Below, piece by piece: positions 22,466 through 30,136 of a DNA stretch of 64,000 bases. Position 1 is the first letter of the stretch. Every line of letters begins with the position of its first letter. The notes under the pieces were generated by a model. That model did not search any database and was not told the origin of the DNA. It saw nothing but the letters and a program-made list of their open reading frames with translations. Origin of the DNA: Actinomycetota bacterium (GTDB taxonomy: Bacteria; Actinomycetota; JAICYB01); the NCBI GenBank assembly GCA_035640475.1, contig DASQWC010000023.1:4186-68185 (forward strand). The letters are read 5' to 3'. The position numbers and the translations under genes were made by a program.

Positions 22466-22911
22466 TCTCTCCTCGACTCGGCGTGCGCCGAGATGGTCAA
22501 GTTGTCGGAGTACGTCGACTCGTCGGAGCCGCCGAACAACGACCGGAGCGCGCTGAGCGTCGCCCCGATCGGGTTCGGGAAGCTGCACGAGACGTCGAGG
22601 GCGACCGGTGCGTTCTCTTTGGACTCGCCGACGACCGCCGTCTCGCACGCGTCCCCCGTGAAGAACGGTGTGCTGTCGTCGATTCGCTGCTCGACTTCGG
22701 CGATGGTCGGGTACGTCCCCGCGATCGGATCGATCGGCAACGACGCGTAGCGGACGCCTCGCGCCGCCGCGTGAGCGAGTGAGACGTGTGCGGCCAACGA
22801 GAGAAGCCCGTAGATCAGCGCAAAGATGATCAGAGCGACGACCGGGAACACGAGCCCGAACTCGAGAGCCTCGCCCCCACGCTCGTCTCGCATCAGCCTC
22901 CGCACGCGCAT
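22462..22911 (-). CDS. TadE-like pseudopilin
   Basis: RDERGGEALEFGLVFPVVALIIFALIYG N-terminal motif; 149 aa. Confidence 0.7.
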   Translation of the reverse strand: MRVRRLMRDERGGEALEFGLVFPVVALIIFALIYGLLSLAAHVSLAHAAARGVRYASLPIDPIAGTYPTIAEVEQRIDDSTPFFTGDACETAVVGESKENAPVALDVSCSFPNPIGATLSALRSLFGGSDESTYSDNLTISAHAESRRE

Positions 22912-22918
22912 CGCACCC

Positions 22919-24244
22919 TCACTTGATGAGCGTCGCGCGGAAGGCGCCGTGCGCCTTGGAGGCAGAGACGATCGCGGCGCGGTAGTCGCCCTCGGCGACC
23001 TCGCGGATGGTGACGACCGCGGCGTCGAGGATCGGGATCTGGGTCGCCGAGATCGGCAGGAGTGAATTGGTCGCCGTCACGCCGATCACGAGGAAGGCCT
23101 CGCCGGCCAGAGAGTTCGGGTCCGTCGGGTTCGGAGGTGACGCGCCGATCTGCGCCGCCGTCAGCTCGGCCGCCTCGACGGCCGCGTCGACGATGTCCAC
23201 AGCGCTCGGCGCGGGTCCGGACGGCGGGTTGTAGATATCGAGAAGGTCCTGCCGCAGATTCGAAAGTACGTTGCGGCAGGGAAGGCCGAACGTAGACATG
23301 ATGCCGTTCAGCCGGTTGTCCACGTTGGTGATCACGTCGATGAGCGGCTTCTGCGCCCGGCGCAGCGCGTTGTTGAAGTTGACCGGACTATTGATCAAGT
23401 TGCGGAAGAGGGTCGAGCCGTCGAGCAGCCCCAGGTCGATCTGCAGTTGCTGCGTCACACTCGGGATGATCGGGACGACGACGGCGTTCTTGATGCGCCG
23501 GTAGGCGGTGGCCGACGCGCGCATGGTCCCCGTCTCGCTGCCGGTGACGAGTGACACCAAGGGTGGGCGAAGCTTGCTGAAGGATGTGACCTTCATTCGC
23601 GGCGTGTAGATGGCCGGCAGGACGTGGTGCAGCGGCATCTTGGCGACGCCGTTGACGAGGTTCTGGATCGGCGATAACAGCCACGTCAGCAGGTCCGGGT
23701 TCAGCGACCCGGCGTCGGCCGCCACCTCTTGGATGAGCAGGTTGGTGCACTCGAGCACAGTTGTTGTGTCGGGGTTCGGCTGGAGCTGCGGGTAGACGCG
23801 TGCGTCGTCGCACACCGAGGTGATCTCGTTGCCGTCGTCGTCGAAGAGGGCGTCGGTGATGCTCTCTGAGAACGCTCCGACGAGATCGGCGCCGTTGGTG
23901 AGCGAGTCCGACCCGACGGCGCACGCGACGGATCGTGGATCGAAAACGAAGTCGCTCATCCGCGGAAGGTTCACTCCCTGTCCCTCGGCGAGCTCGTAGA
24001 CCGGGTCGGTATTGGGAAGCGGGACGGGAGAGTTCTCGACGAGGACGTTGGGGTCGGTCAACGGAATCGAAGCAGCTCCCGCGAGGGCCGCCTGATCGGC
24101 GGAACGCTGCAGCTCCCGATTCGATGCGTACAAGCTGAAGGCCGAAACACCGCCCGCCGTCAGCAACAACAGCAACGGCAGGACGATCGCGACGACGATC
24201 ATCACGCCGCCACGCTCGCCGGCAAGACGATCCTTGATCCGCAA
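22919..24244 (-). CDS. TadG-like (Tad N-terminal domain) pilus-associated protein
   Basis: A TTG at 24244 is preceded by GGACGGAGGAC. GERGGVMIVVAIVLPLLLLLTAGGVSAFSLYASNRELQRSADQAALAGA matches the TadG/Tad N-terminal motif. The rest is an Asn/Thr/Ser-rich extracellular region of about 380 aa with no motif I recognise. Confidence 0.6.
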   Translation of the reverse strand: MRIKDRLAGERGGVMIVVAIVLPLLLLLTAGGVSAFSLYASNRELQRSADQAALAGAASIPLTDPNVLVENSPVPLPNTDPVYELAEGQGVNLPRMSDFVFDPRSVACAVGSDSLTNGADLVGAFSESITDALFDDDGNEITSVCDDARVYPQLQPNPDTTTVLECTNLLIQEVAADAGSLNPDLLTWLLSPIQNLVNGVAKMPLHHVLPAIYTPRMKVTSFSKLRPPLVSLVTGSETGTMRASATAYRRIKNAVVVPIIPSVTQQLQIDLGLLDGSTLFRNLINSPVNFNNALRRAQKPLIDVITNVDNRLNGIMSTFGLPCRNVLSNLRQDLLDIYNPPSGPAPSAVDIVDAAVEAAELTAAQIGASPPNPTDPNSLAGEAFLVIGVTATNSLLPISATQIPILDAAVVTIREVAEGDYRAAIVSASKAHGAFRATLIK

Positions 24245-24363
24245 GTCCTCCGTCCTTTCCTTCGTTGGTCCTGCCAAGTGGTCGGGTCCGGGTTCACCCG
24301 GCTCGCGCCGGGTGACCCGGACCCCAGTCCGATGAGCCACCAGTCGGTGGGCCTGGGCGCTCT

Positions 24364-24585
24364 TTACGGGATCGGGGTGTCGCAGTCCGTGGGGCCGAAC
24401 GGCAGCGTCTCCGCGACGTTGCAGAACACGCCGTGGGTGGCGTTGCCCAGCCAGTAGACGGCCACGATGACCGCAACCGCGATCAGGCCGACGAGAAGGC
24501 CGTACTCGACCGCTGCGGCGCCGCGCTCGTTGTCGACGAACAGCGACTTCACGCGGGTCGTAAACCAAACGTAAGCCTTGAGCAT
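24364..24585 (-). CDS. flp: Flp family type IVb prepilin
   Basis: Flp motif NERG/AAAVEYGLLVGLIAVAVIV (predicted cleavage after G). An AAGGAGG SD lies 8 nt before the ATG at 24585. The C-terminus carries two Cys. Confidence 0.8.
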   Translation of the reverse strand: MLKAYVWFTTRVKSLFVDNERGAAAVEYGLLVGLIAVAVIVAVYWLGNATHGVFCNVAETLPFGPTDCDTPIP

Positions 24586-24643
24586 TCGATCCACCTCCTT
24601 CCCGGGGCCGGAGCCCTCGCTAGGAACTCGAGAGGCGGTTCGA

Positions 24644-24673
24644 GTCCCTTCGACGCGTGAAACGTCGAGGGAC
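24644..24673 (-). other. strong hairpin between folD stop and flp start (folD terminator or flp 5' leader structure)
   Basis: GTCCC(T)TCGACG - 7 nt loop - CGTCGAGGGAC gives 11 bp with one bulge. It sits about 60 nt upstream of the flp ATG and has no U-tract. Confidence 0.3.
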
Positions 24674-24762
24674 GCACGCGAGCGACGACCTCGGCGTGCT
24701 AGGGGACCTAGTCCGTTGTGTCTACGTAGCCGGACTAGGGGACGTGTGCCTGGGTAGCCGAA

Positions 24763-25623
24763 CTAAGAAACGGTGCGCTCGGCGGCGAGCACCGTGTTCC
24801 ACATGAGCATGGCGCGCGTCATCGGGCCGACACCGCCAGGCACCGGTGTGATCGCGCGAACCTTCTGTGAGACCGATGCGAAGTCCACGTCACCGACGAG
24901 CTTGCCCTCCGCGTTCGGCGTCGTCCCGACGTCGATGAGGACGGCGCCTTCCGAAACGTGTTCCGCCGTGATCATGCCCGGGCTCCCCGCTGCGGCGACG
25001 ACGATGTCCGCTCGCGACGTGTAGCGCGCGAGGTCGCGCGTGCCCGTGTGACAGATCGTGACCGTCGCGTTCGCGTCGTCGGCCTTGTTCGACAGCAGCA
25101 CCGAAAGCGGACGACCGACGAGAACGCTGCGCCCGACGACCACGACGTGCTGACCGGCGATGGGCACGCCGGTTCGGACGAGCAGCTGCTGCACGCCGTA
25201 TGGCGTGCACGAGATGAAGCGCGGCTGCCCGCGCATGAGCAGCCCCTGGTTCGTTGGGTGGAGCCCGTCGATGTCCTTGACCGGCGCGATGCGGCTCAGG
25301 AACGTCAGCTCGTCGAGGTGAGGAGGGATCGGTGTCTGGAGCAGGATGCCGTGGATCGAAGAATCCGCGTTGAGCGAATCGATCAGTTCCTCGAGGTCGT
25401 CGGCCTCGGTGGCCGGCGGCAACTTGTGCGTGACCTCGGCGATGCCGAGCTTGCGGGCGTCGCGACCCTTGAGCCGCACGTAGGTGGCGGACGCCGGGTC
25501 GTCCCCGACGAGGATGACAGCGAGTCCGGGAACGACGTCCTTGTCCCCGAGAGCCGCGATCCGGCCGCGGAGCTCGTCGAAGACCTCTTCGGCAATCTTC
25601 CTGCCGTCGATGATGTCGGCCAC
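24763..25623 (-). CDS. folD: bifunctional methylenetetrahydrofolate dehydrogenase/cyclohydrolase
   Basis: ADIIDGRKIAEE, LAVILVGDDPASATYV, ILLQTPIP, VVVGRSVLVGRPL and PVPGGVGPMT. The GTG at 25623 is preceded by GGAGGATCTGGAGG. The longer track ORF N-terminus is junk. Confidence 0.92.
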   Translation of the reverse strand: MADIIDGRKIAEEVFDELRGRIAALGDKDVVPGLAVILVGDDPASATYVRLKGRDARKLGIAEVTHKLPPATEADDLEELIDSLNADSSIHGILLQTPIPPHLDELTFLSRIAPVKDIDGLHPTNQGLLMRGQPRFISCTPYGVQQLLVRTGVPIAGQHVVVVGRSVLVGRPLSVLLSNKADDANATVTICHTGTRDLARYTSRADIVVAAAGSPGMITAEHVSEGAVLIDVGTTPNAEGKLVGDVDFASVSQKVRAITPVPGGVGPMTRAMLMWNTVLAAERTVS

Positions 25624-25721
25624 GCCGCCCTCCAGATCCTCCGGAACCGTAGGGTACTTCGGGCCGGCGACGGCGGTGAACCGAACGCGGGGCCGCGGTG
25701 TTGAGGAGGAAAGAGCACCCA

Positions 25722-26246
25722 ATGGACGACGACGACCGGGAGAGGGCGATGCGCTCACTCGAGCGATGGGTCACGGCGTACCAGCCCGTCGTCTTCCGCG
25801 CGGCTTACCTCGTCCTCCGCGACACGGCCGCCGCCGAAGACGTCGCCCAAGAGACCTTTCTCCGCGCCTACCGGGCCGCGCATCGCGTCGACCCCGGCGA
25901 GGGTGTACGGCCGTGGCTCTACCGCATCGCGGTGAACACGGCCCTCAACGAGGTCCGGCGTCGCAAGCGCGAGAAGGCCGCGCTCGAGCGCCACCGTCCG
26001 TTGACGGTCGCGGCCGACCCGTCCGACGCGAGCGACACCGCGGCCGTCGTCGCCGAGGCGATCGAGCGGCTCCCCGACCGGCTGCGAGTGACGATCATCT
26101 GCCGTTACTTCCTCGACCTGTCCGAGCGAGAGATCGCGACCGTTCTCAAGGTTCGCCCCGGGACCGTTAAGTCGCGCCTGCACGAGGCGCGCCGATTGCT
26201 CGCCGGTGACGACGAGCTCGCCGTTGCAGCGGGCGCAGGTGGGTGA
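25722..26246 (+). CDS. ECF-type RNA polymerase sigma-70 family factor
   Basis: Region 2 (AEDVAQETFLRAYRA ... RPWLYRIAVNTALN) and region 4 (ERLPDRLRVTIICRYFLDLSEREIATVLKVRPGTVKSRLHEAR). SD GAGGAGGA precedes the ATG at 25722. Confidence 0.9.
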   Translation: MDDDDRERAMRSLERWVTAYQPVVFRAAYLVLRDTAAAEDVAQETFLRAYRAAHRVDPGEGVRPWLYRIAVNTALNEVRRRKREKAALERHRPLTVAADPSDASDTAAVVAEAIERLPDRLRVTIICRYFLDLSEREIATVLKVRPGTVKSRLHEARRLLAGDDELAVAAGAGG

Positions 26247-27388
26247 GACAGATGCGCAAAGATATCGAGACGGACATCCGCATGGCGCTGGACGCGAAGG
26301 CTCACGAAGTCGAGCTTCCGTCCGGCCTGGCCGACCGAACGCTGAAGGCCGCGCGCGAGGCGGCGAGGCCGACGCTCCGAGAGCGGCTGCGCGGACTGAC
26401 CGACGCGTGGCGGCTACGCGCGCCGGTCACCGGCTACCCGCGCTGGATCTACGCGGGCGGCGCCGTAGCCACGGCGGTATTGCTGTTCGCCGTCGGCACG
26501 CTCGTGCGAACCGACCCGGTTCTCGATCGGCCGGTCGCCGAGCCGGCGATCGCCGGGCCCACGATTCTTGAGGACTCATCCGGCAGGATTGGAAGAGACG
26601 AAGGCACCGGGGCCGAAGACACCGGGGGCGAGCTCAAGCCGGCTCCCGCGGAAGGCGGCGGCGCGGGCGGATCGTCGCCGGGAGCGGCAACGACGCAGAT
26701 CGCGCCGGTTCCCCCGGTTCCCGGCGGACGCCCCGGGCAGTTCCCGCCGAAGATCGTCCGGACGGCCAACATCGACGTCCAGGTCGATTCGTTCGACGCG
26801 GCGTGGTCACGCGCGAATGCGCTCGCCACGACGTACGGGGGGTTCGTGACGAGCTCGCAGGCCTCGATCGAGCGCGGCACGATCACGATGCGCGTGCCGG
26901 CCGCCAAGCTCGAGAAAGCGCTTGCCGACCTGCGCAAGCTCGGCAAGGTGATCCAGTCGACGACGACGGCCGAGGACGTCTCGGCACAGATCGTCGACAT
27001 CGACGCGCGCCTGCGCGTGCTCAGCGCCGAGGAAGCGCAGCTCCTCGAGCTGCTCGGCCGGGCGTCCGGAGTCAGTCAGGTCCTGGAAGTGCGCGACCGC
27101 CTCAACGCAGTTCGGCAGGAGTCCGAGTCGCTCAAAGCACAGAAGGAGTACTTCGCAAGCCAGGTCGACTACGCAACGATTAACGCGACGGTCTTCGAGC
27201 GCGGTGCCGACGACCCCGGTGAGCCGGGCGACGACGGCATCCTTCTGGAGGCGTGGCGGACGGCGTTGCGCGCCGGACTCACGATCATCGCCGGATTGCT
27301 CGTCGTGCTGGGCGGTCTGATCCCATTGACCGCGCTCGGGCTCGCCGTATGGTTTGCGGTCAGAACACTGCGCAGACGGAGCGCCTAG
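26243..27388 (+). CDS. putative anti-sigma factor with extracytoplasmic DUF4349 domain
   Basis: The start overlaps the sigma stop (GTGA). Contains one TM (WIYAGGAVATAVLLFAVG), a Gly/Pro-rich linker, a DUF4349-like coiled region (ITMRVPAAKLEKALADLRKLGKV ... DARLRVLSAEEAQLLELL) and a C-terminal TM. Confidence 0.75.
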   Translation: MRQMRKDIETDIRMALDAKAHEVELPSGLADRTLKAAREAARPTLRERLRGLTDAWRLRAPVTGYPRWIYAGGAVATAVLLFAVGTLVRTDPVLDRPVAEPAIAGPTILEDSSGRIGRDEGTGAEDTGGELKPAPAEGGGAGGSSPGAATTQIAPVPPVPGGRPGQFPPKIVRTANIDVQVDSFDAAWSRANALATTYGGFVTSSQASIERGTITMRVPAAKLEKALADLRKLGKVIQSTTTAEDVSAQIVDIDARLRVLSAEEAQLLELLGRASGVSQVLEVRDRLNAVRQESESLKAQKEYFASQVDYATINATVFERGADDPGEPGDDGILLEAWRTALRAGLTIIAGLLVVLGGLIPLTALGLAVWFAVRTLRRRSA

Positions 27389-27765
27389 CGGAGCTTGTCC
27401 CAGACTTGCGGGAATCCTTCGTAGATTCCCGCGGGGAGCCGCTCGAGCTCGGCGATCACCATCGTCGGCGCGTGCATCTGAATCGCGTTCTCGAGGAGCT
27501 CCTCGCGAGTCGCGGGGTAGCGCCGCTCGAGGTAGCGCGCGATCTCTCGCCGACGCTCGACTTGATCGTGCGGCATGGAGCCGGGAGGCGAGTCGCCGTC
27601 CGTGGAGATGACGGCGTCGGGCGCCGGCTCACCATCGGCCGGTCCTTCCTTCTCGCGCGACTCTTGCGCGCGACTGTCGGCCGGCAACCCGCGCGTCAAC
27701 GGCTCGACTTCGCGCTCGAGCTCGTCGTCAACCCGCGGCGCGTGCTTGTCGCTCGTCCGATCCAT
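27385..27765 (-). CDS. DUF2795 domain protein
   Basis: C-terminal YLERRYPATREELLENAIQMHAPTMVIAELERLPAGIYEGFPQVW with an acidic, disordered N-terminal half. Confidence 0.7.
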   Translation of the reverse strand: MDRTSDKHAPRVDDELEREVEPLTRGLPADSRAQESREKEGPADGEPAPDAVISTDGDSPPGSMPHDQVERRREIARYLERRYPATREELLENAIQMHAPTMVIAELERLPAGIYEGFPQVWDKLR

Positions 27766-27819
27766 GACGGTGAGTTACCCGGTTAGCAGGAACGGCAACC
27801 TGCGTTTTTCGGCCGTTCG

Positions 27820-28146
27820 TCAGCGCGGCGAGCCGGTTGTTGCGATGCCGTTGCGGCGGCAGCGAGCGCACTGATCGTCGGTATCGGCGTCCTCGAGACC
27901 GACGACGACGACGCTCACGCCCTCGTTGATCTCGAAGCTCCGCTCGACGCCCGGAACGACGTCGCCGAGCCCTTCGTCCGCGAGACGACCAAGCGCACGT
28001 TCGATCTCGTCGGTCGACGCCCGCGCGTGACCTCCGTGTGTCTCCGCAGCCAGCTCACGCACCGTCGTCGTGGCGACGCCCTCGTCATCGACGTGCTCGA
28101 CGCGCACGGGCGTTCCGTTTTCGTTCAACTCGACATGCCAGCGCAC
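27820..28146 (-). CDS. hypothetical acidic protein
   Basis: The in-frame GTG at 28146 lies 10 nt after the STAS gene stop. No family was recognised and no clear SD is present. Confidence 0.35.
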   Translation of the reverse strand: MRWHVELNENGTPVRVEHVDDEGVATTTVRELAAETHGGHARASTDEIERALGRLADEGLGDVVPGVERSFEINEGVSVVVVGLEDADTDDQCARCRRNGIATTGSPR

Positions 28147-28156
28147 CGTTAGCGGC

Positions 28157-28591
28157 CTACAGTGCCCCGTCGCAGTTCGGGCAGATGCGAGCCGAGGCAG
28201 AGACACGGAACTCGCACAGCGGACAGCGGAACGTGTCGGGCGGGTGGCCGTCGACGTAGGTGAAGACCTCGGTCAGGCCGGTTATCTCGAGCAGCCGTTG
28301 CACGGCCGGCGAAACGACACCGAGCAGGAGCGATCCGAGCGCTTTGTCCTCAACGCGCCGCTTCAGCCGGAGCAGCAGACGAAGCCCGGTCGAATCGATG
28401 AACGTGACACGCGCCATGTCGAGGACGACATATGCCGGCGCGTGCTCCATGAACGACTCGAGCGTCGGCTCGAACTCCTCGACGGCGGCGAGATCGATCT
28501 CACCCTCGAGCCCCACCGTCAGGACGGATGTGTCCTGATCGACGATCCAGTCGAAGCGACGTCCATGGCCGGTGACGTGCACCTGACTCAT
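28157..28591 (-). CDS. STAS-domain anti-sigma-factor antagonist fused to a C-terminal CxxC...CxxC zinc ribbon
   Basis: STAS core (LEGEIDLAAVEEFEPTL ... VVLDMARVTFIDSTGLRLLLRL ... VSPAVQRLLEITGLTEVF) followed by FRCPLCEFRVSASARICPNCDGAL. Confidence 0.8.
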   Translation of the reverse strand: MSQVHVTGHGRRFDWIVDQDTSVLTVGLEGEIDLAAVEEFEPTLESFMEHAPAYVVLDMARVTFIDSTGLRLLLRLKRRVEDKALGSLLLGVVSPAVQRLLEITGLTEVFTYVDGHPPDTFRCPLCEFRVSASARICPNCDGAL

Positions 28592-28764
28592 GCGGCCCGC
28601 CCCCCTGCAAGCCGGAGGTCCATCTCGGACCACTCTATACCCGTTGCTTCAAATGGTAACCCGGCGGTTCACCGAGCCAAAAGACGGGTATCTGACCCCT
28701 CTTGTGAGTCCGCGGCGCTTGGCCGAATCGTTGGATGGGATCAAATCCGACGGCAGGGACGACG

Positions 28765-29133
28765 GTGGTTAAGAAGAGAGACACCCTCGGCGCCCGTATG
28801 CGCGCTGCACGCCTGGCGGCCGGACTGAGCCAAACAGAACTCGCCGACCGCAGCGGAATTCCCAAACCGACCCTGTCGCGCTACGAGAACGATCACGTCT
28901 TGCCGTCCATTCCGACCCTGCGGCGTGTGGCTCGCGCCATGGGACACGCCGTCAGTGAGCTGCTGACTGCCTCGGACCGGTGCGACGAGCCTCTGGCCGA
29001 CGCCCTGCGGCGGCGAGGCATCGAGATTCGCTCACTCGCACAGGCCGAGCGGATCGTCGACCTGATCGAGGAGAACCTGACCTACCGGCGCGAAGCGCCG
29101 GCGCGCCGAACGGCCGCCAAAGCAATCCGTTAG
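28765..29133 (+). CDS. XRE-family helix-turn-helix transcriptional regulator
   Basis: LGARMRAARLAAGLSQTELADRSGIPKPTLSRYENDHVLPSIPTLRRVARAMG. In-frame GTG at 28765, with an alternative ATG at 28798. Confidence 0.8.
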   Translation: MVKKRDTLGARMRAARLAAGLSQTELADRSGIPKPTLSRYENDHVLPSIPTLRRVARAMGHAVSELLTASDRCDEPLADALRRRGIEIRSLAQAERIVDLIEENLTYRREAPARRTAAKAIR

Positions 29134-29146
29134 TCTCCCTCCCGAC

Positions 29147-30136
29147 GTGCGACTCATCCTGGCCAACCATTCCAGCTATCCGCGTGTGGGCGAAGGTGCC
29201 GACGCGCAGCGCCTTCGGCGTGCTTACGCGCGCCGGGAGACCGGCAAGCTCACCGACGAGGAGTTCGACAAACTCGTCCGCGGCTATGTCGCCGAGGTCA
29301 TCGGCGAGCAGGAAGCAGCGGGTCTCGACCTCGTCACCGACGGTCTCGTCTACTGGTACGACCTCATCGCGCATCCAACATCGAGGCTGGACGGCGTCAA
29401 GATCGCCGGCATCGTTCGTTTTTTCGACACCAACACGTACGTCCGCCAGCCGGAGGTCGTCGGCAAGATCGGAGGAGCCTTCGGGCTCGCCGACGAGTAC
29501 GCGGCGGCGAAGAAGGACACGAAGACCGAGCTGAAGGCCGTTATGCCGGGCCCCTACACACTCGCGCGGCACTCGATCATCAAGTCCAACGGCGACCTGA
29601 GCTCGCTCGCACTCGCCTACGCGGAGATCGTGGGGGCCGAGCTCGAGGCGCTGGCGAAGGCCGGCGCCCGGTACGTCCAGATCGACGAGCCGTCGCTTCT
29701 GAAGTATCCGGACGACGCTGAGCTCGTGCGCAACGTCCTAGCGCGCGCCGTGGCAAACAAGGGCGACCTCGTCGTCGGGCTCGCGACGTACTTCGGCGAT
29801 GCGACGACGATCTACGGCGAGCTCCTGAACATGCCGGTCGACATGCTGGCCGTCGACCTTCAGTACGGACCGGGCCTGCTCGACATGATCGTCCAGCACG
29901 GCTCCGACCGCCCCATCGCGCTCGGCGCGATCGACGGACGCAACACCAAGCTCGACGACACGAAAGACCTCGCCCGGGACGTCGGCCGGGTGATGGAGGC
30001 GCTCGGGTCCCGCGGTGTGGAGGAGGTTCACCTCCAGCCCTCGTGCGGCCTGGAGTTCCTGCCCCGTGACCGGGCCAAACGTAAGCTGGAGCGCATGAGC
30101 GAGATCTCCGAAGCGATCTCGAAGGCGGGTTCATGA
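29147..30136 (+). CDS. MetE N-terminal-domain-like protein (UROD/MetE-like superfamily)
   Basis: 329 aa with YPRVGEG..LRRA, LDLVTDGLVYWYD, MPGPYTL, YVQIDEPSL and PSCGLEFLP. Resembles the non-catalytic N-half of cobalamin-independent methionine synthase. Confidence 0.65.
   Translation: MRLILANHSSYPRVGEGADAQRLRRAYARRETGKLTDEEFDKLVRGYVAEVIGEQEAAGLDLVTDGLVYWYDLIAHPTSRLDGVKIAGIVRFFDTNTYVRQPEVVGKIGGAFGLADEYAAAKKDTKTELKAVMPGPYTLARHSIIKSNGDLSSLALAYAEIVGAELEALAKAGARYVQIDEPSLLKYPDDAELVRNVLARAVANKGDLVVGLATYFGDATTIYGELLNMPVDMLAVDLQYGPGLLDMIVQHGSDRPIALGAIDGRNTKLDDTKDLARDVGRVMEALGSRGVEEVHLQPSCGLEFLPRDRAKRKLERMSEISEAISKAGS

Noticed and set aside
24637-24647. GGTTCGAGTCC, a tRNA T-arm-like string in the folD-flp intergenic region
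   Set aside because: The flanking bases do not form a T-stem (two mismatched or wobble-only pairs). No acceptor-stem complement or anticodon arm lies upstream, and that upstream region is flp coding sequence. The string is part of the hairpin region instead.
27385-27388. Convergent genes sharing a palindromic CTAG as both stop codons (anti-sigma DUF4349 gene and DUF2795 gene)
   Set aside because: The overlap is real but trivial. A 4-nt convergent overlap has no obvious functional implication.
28597-28606. C6 run reminiscent of the actinobacterial 6C sRNA loops
   Set aside because: There is only one C-run, and on the minus strand it is the G-rich SD region immediately upstream of the STAS gene ATG. 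No second C-rich loop or matching stems were found.
28592-28764. Possible SAM or cobalamin riboswitch upstream of the MetE-like genes
   Set aside because: I found no SAM-I/SAM-IV core and no B12-box-like sequence. In addition, an XRE regulator gene lies between this region and the MetE-like genes.
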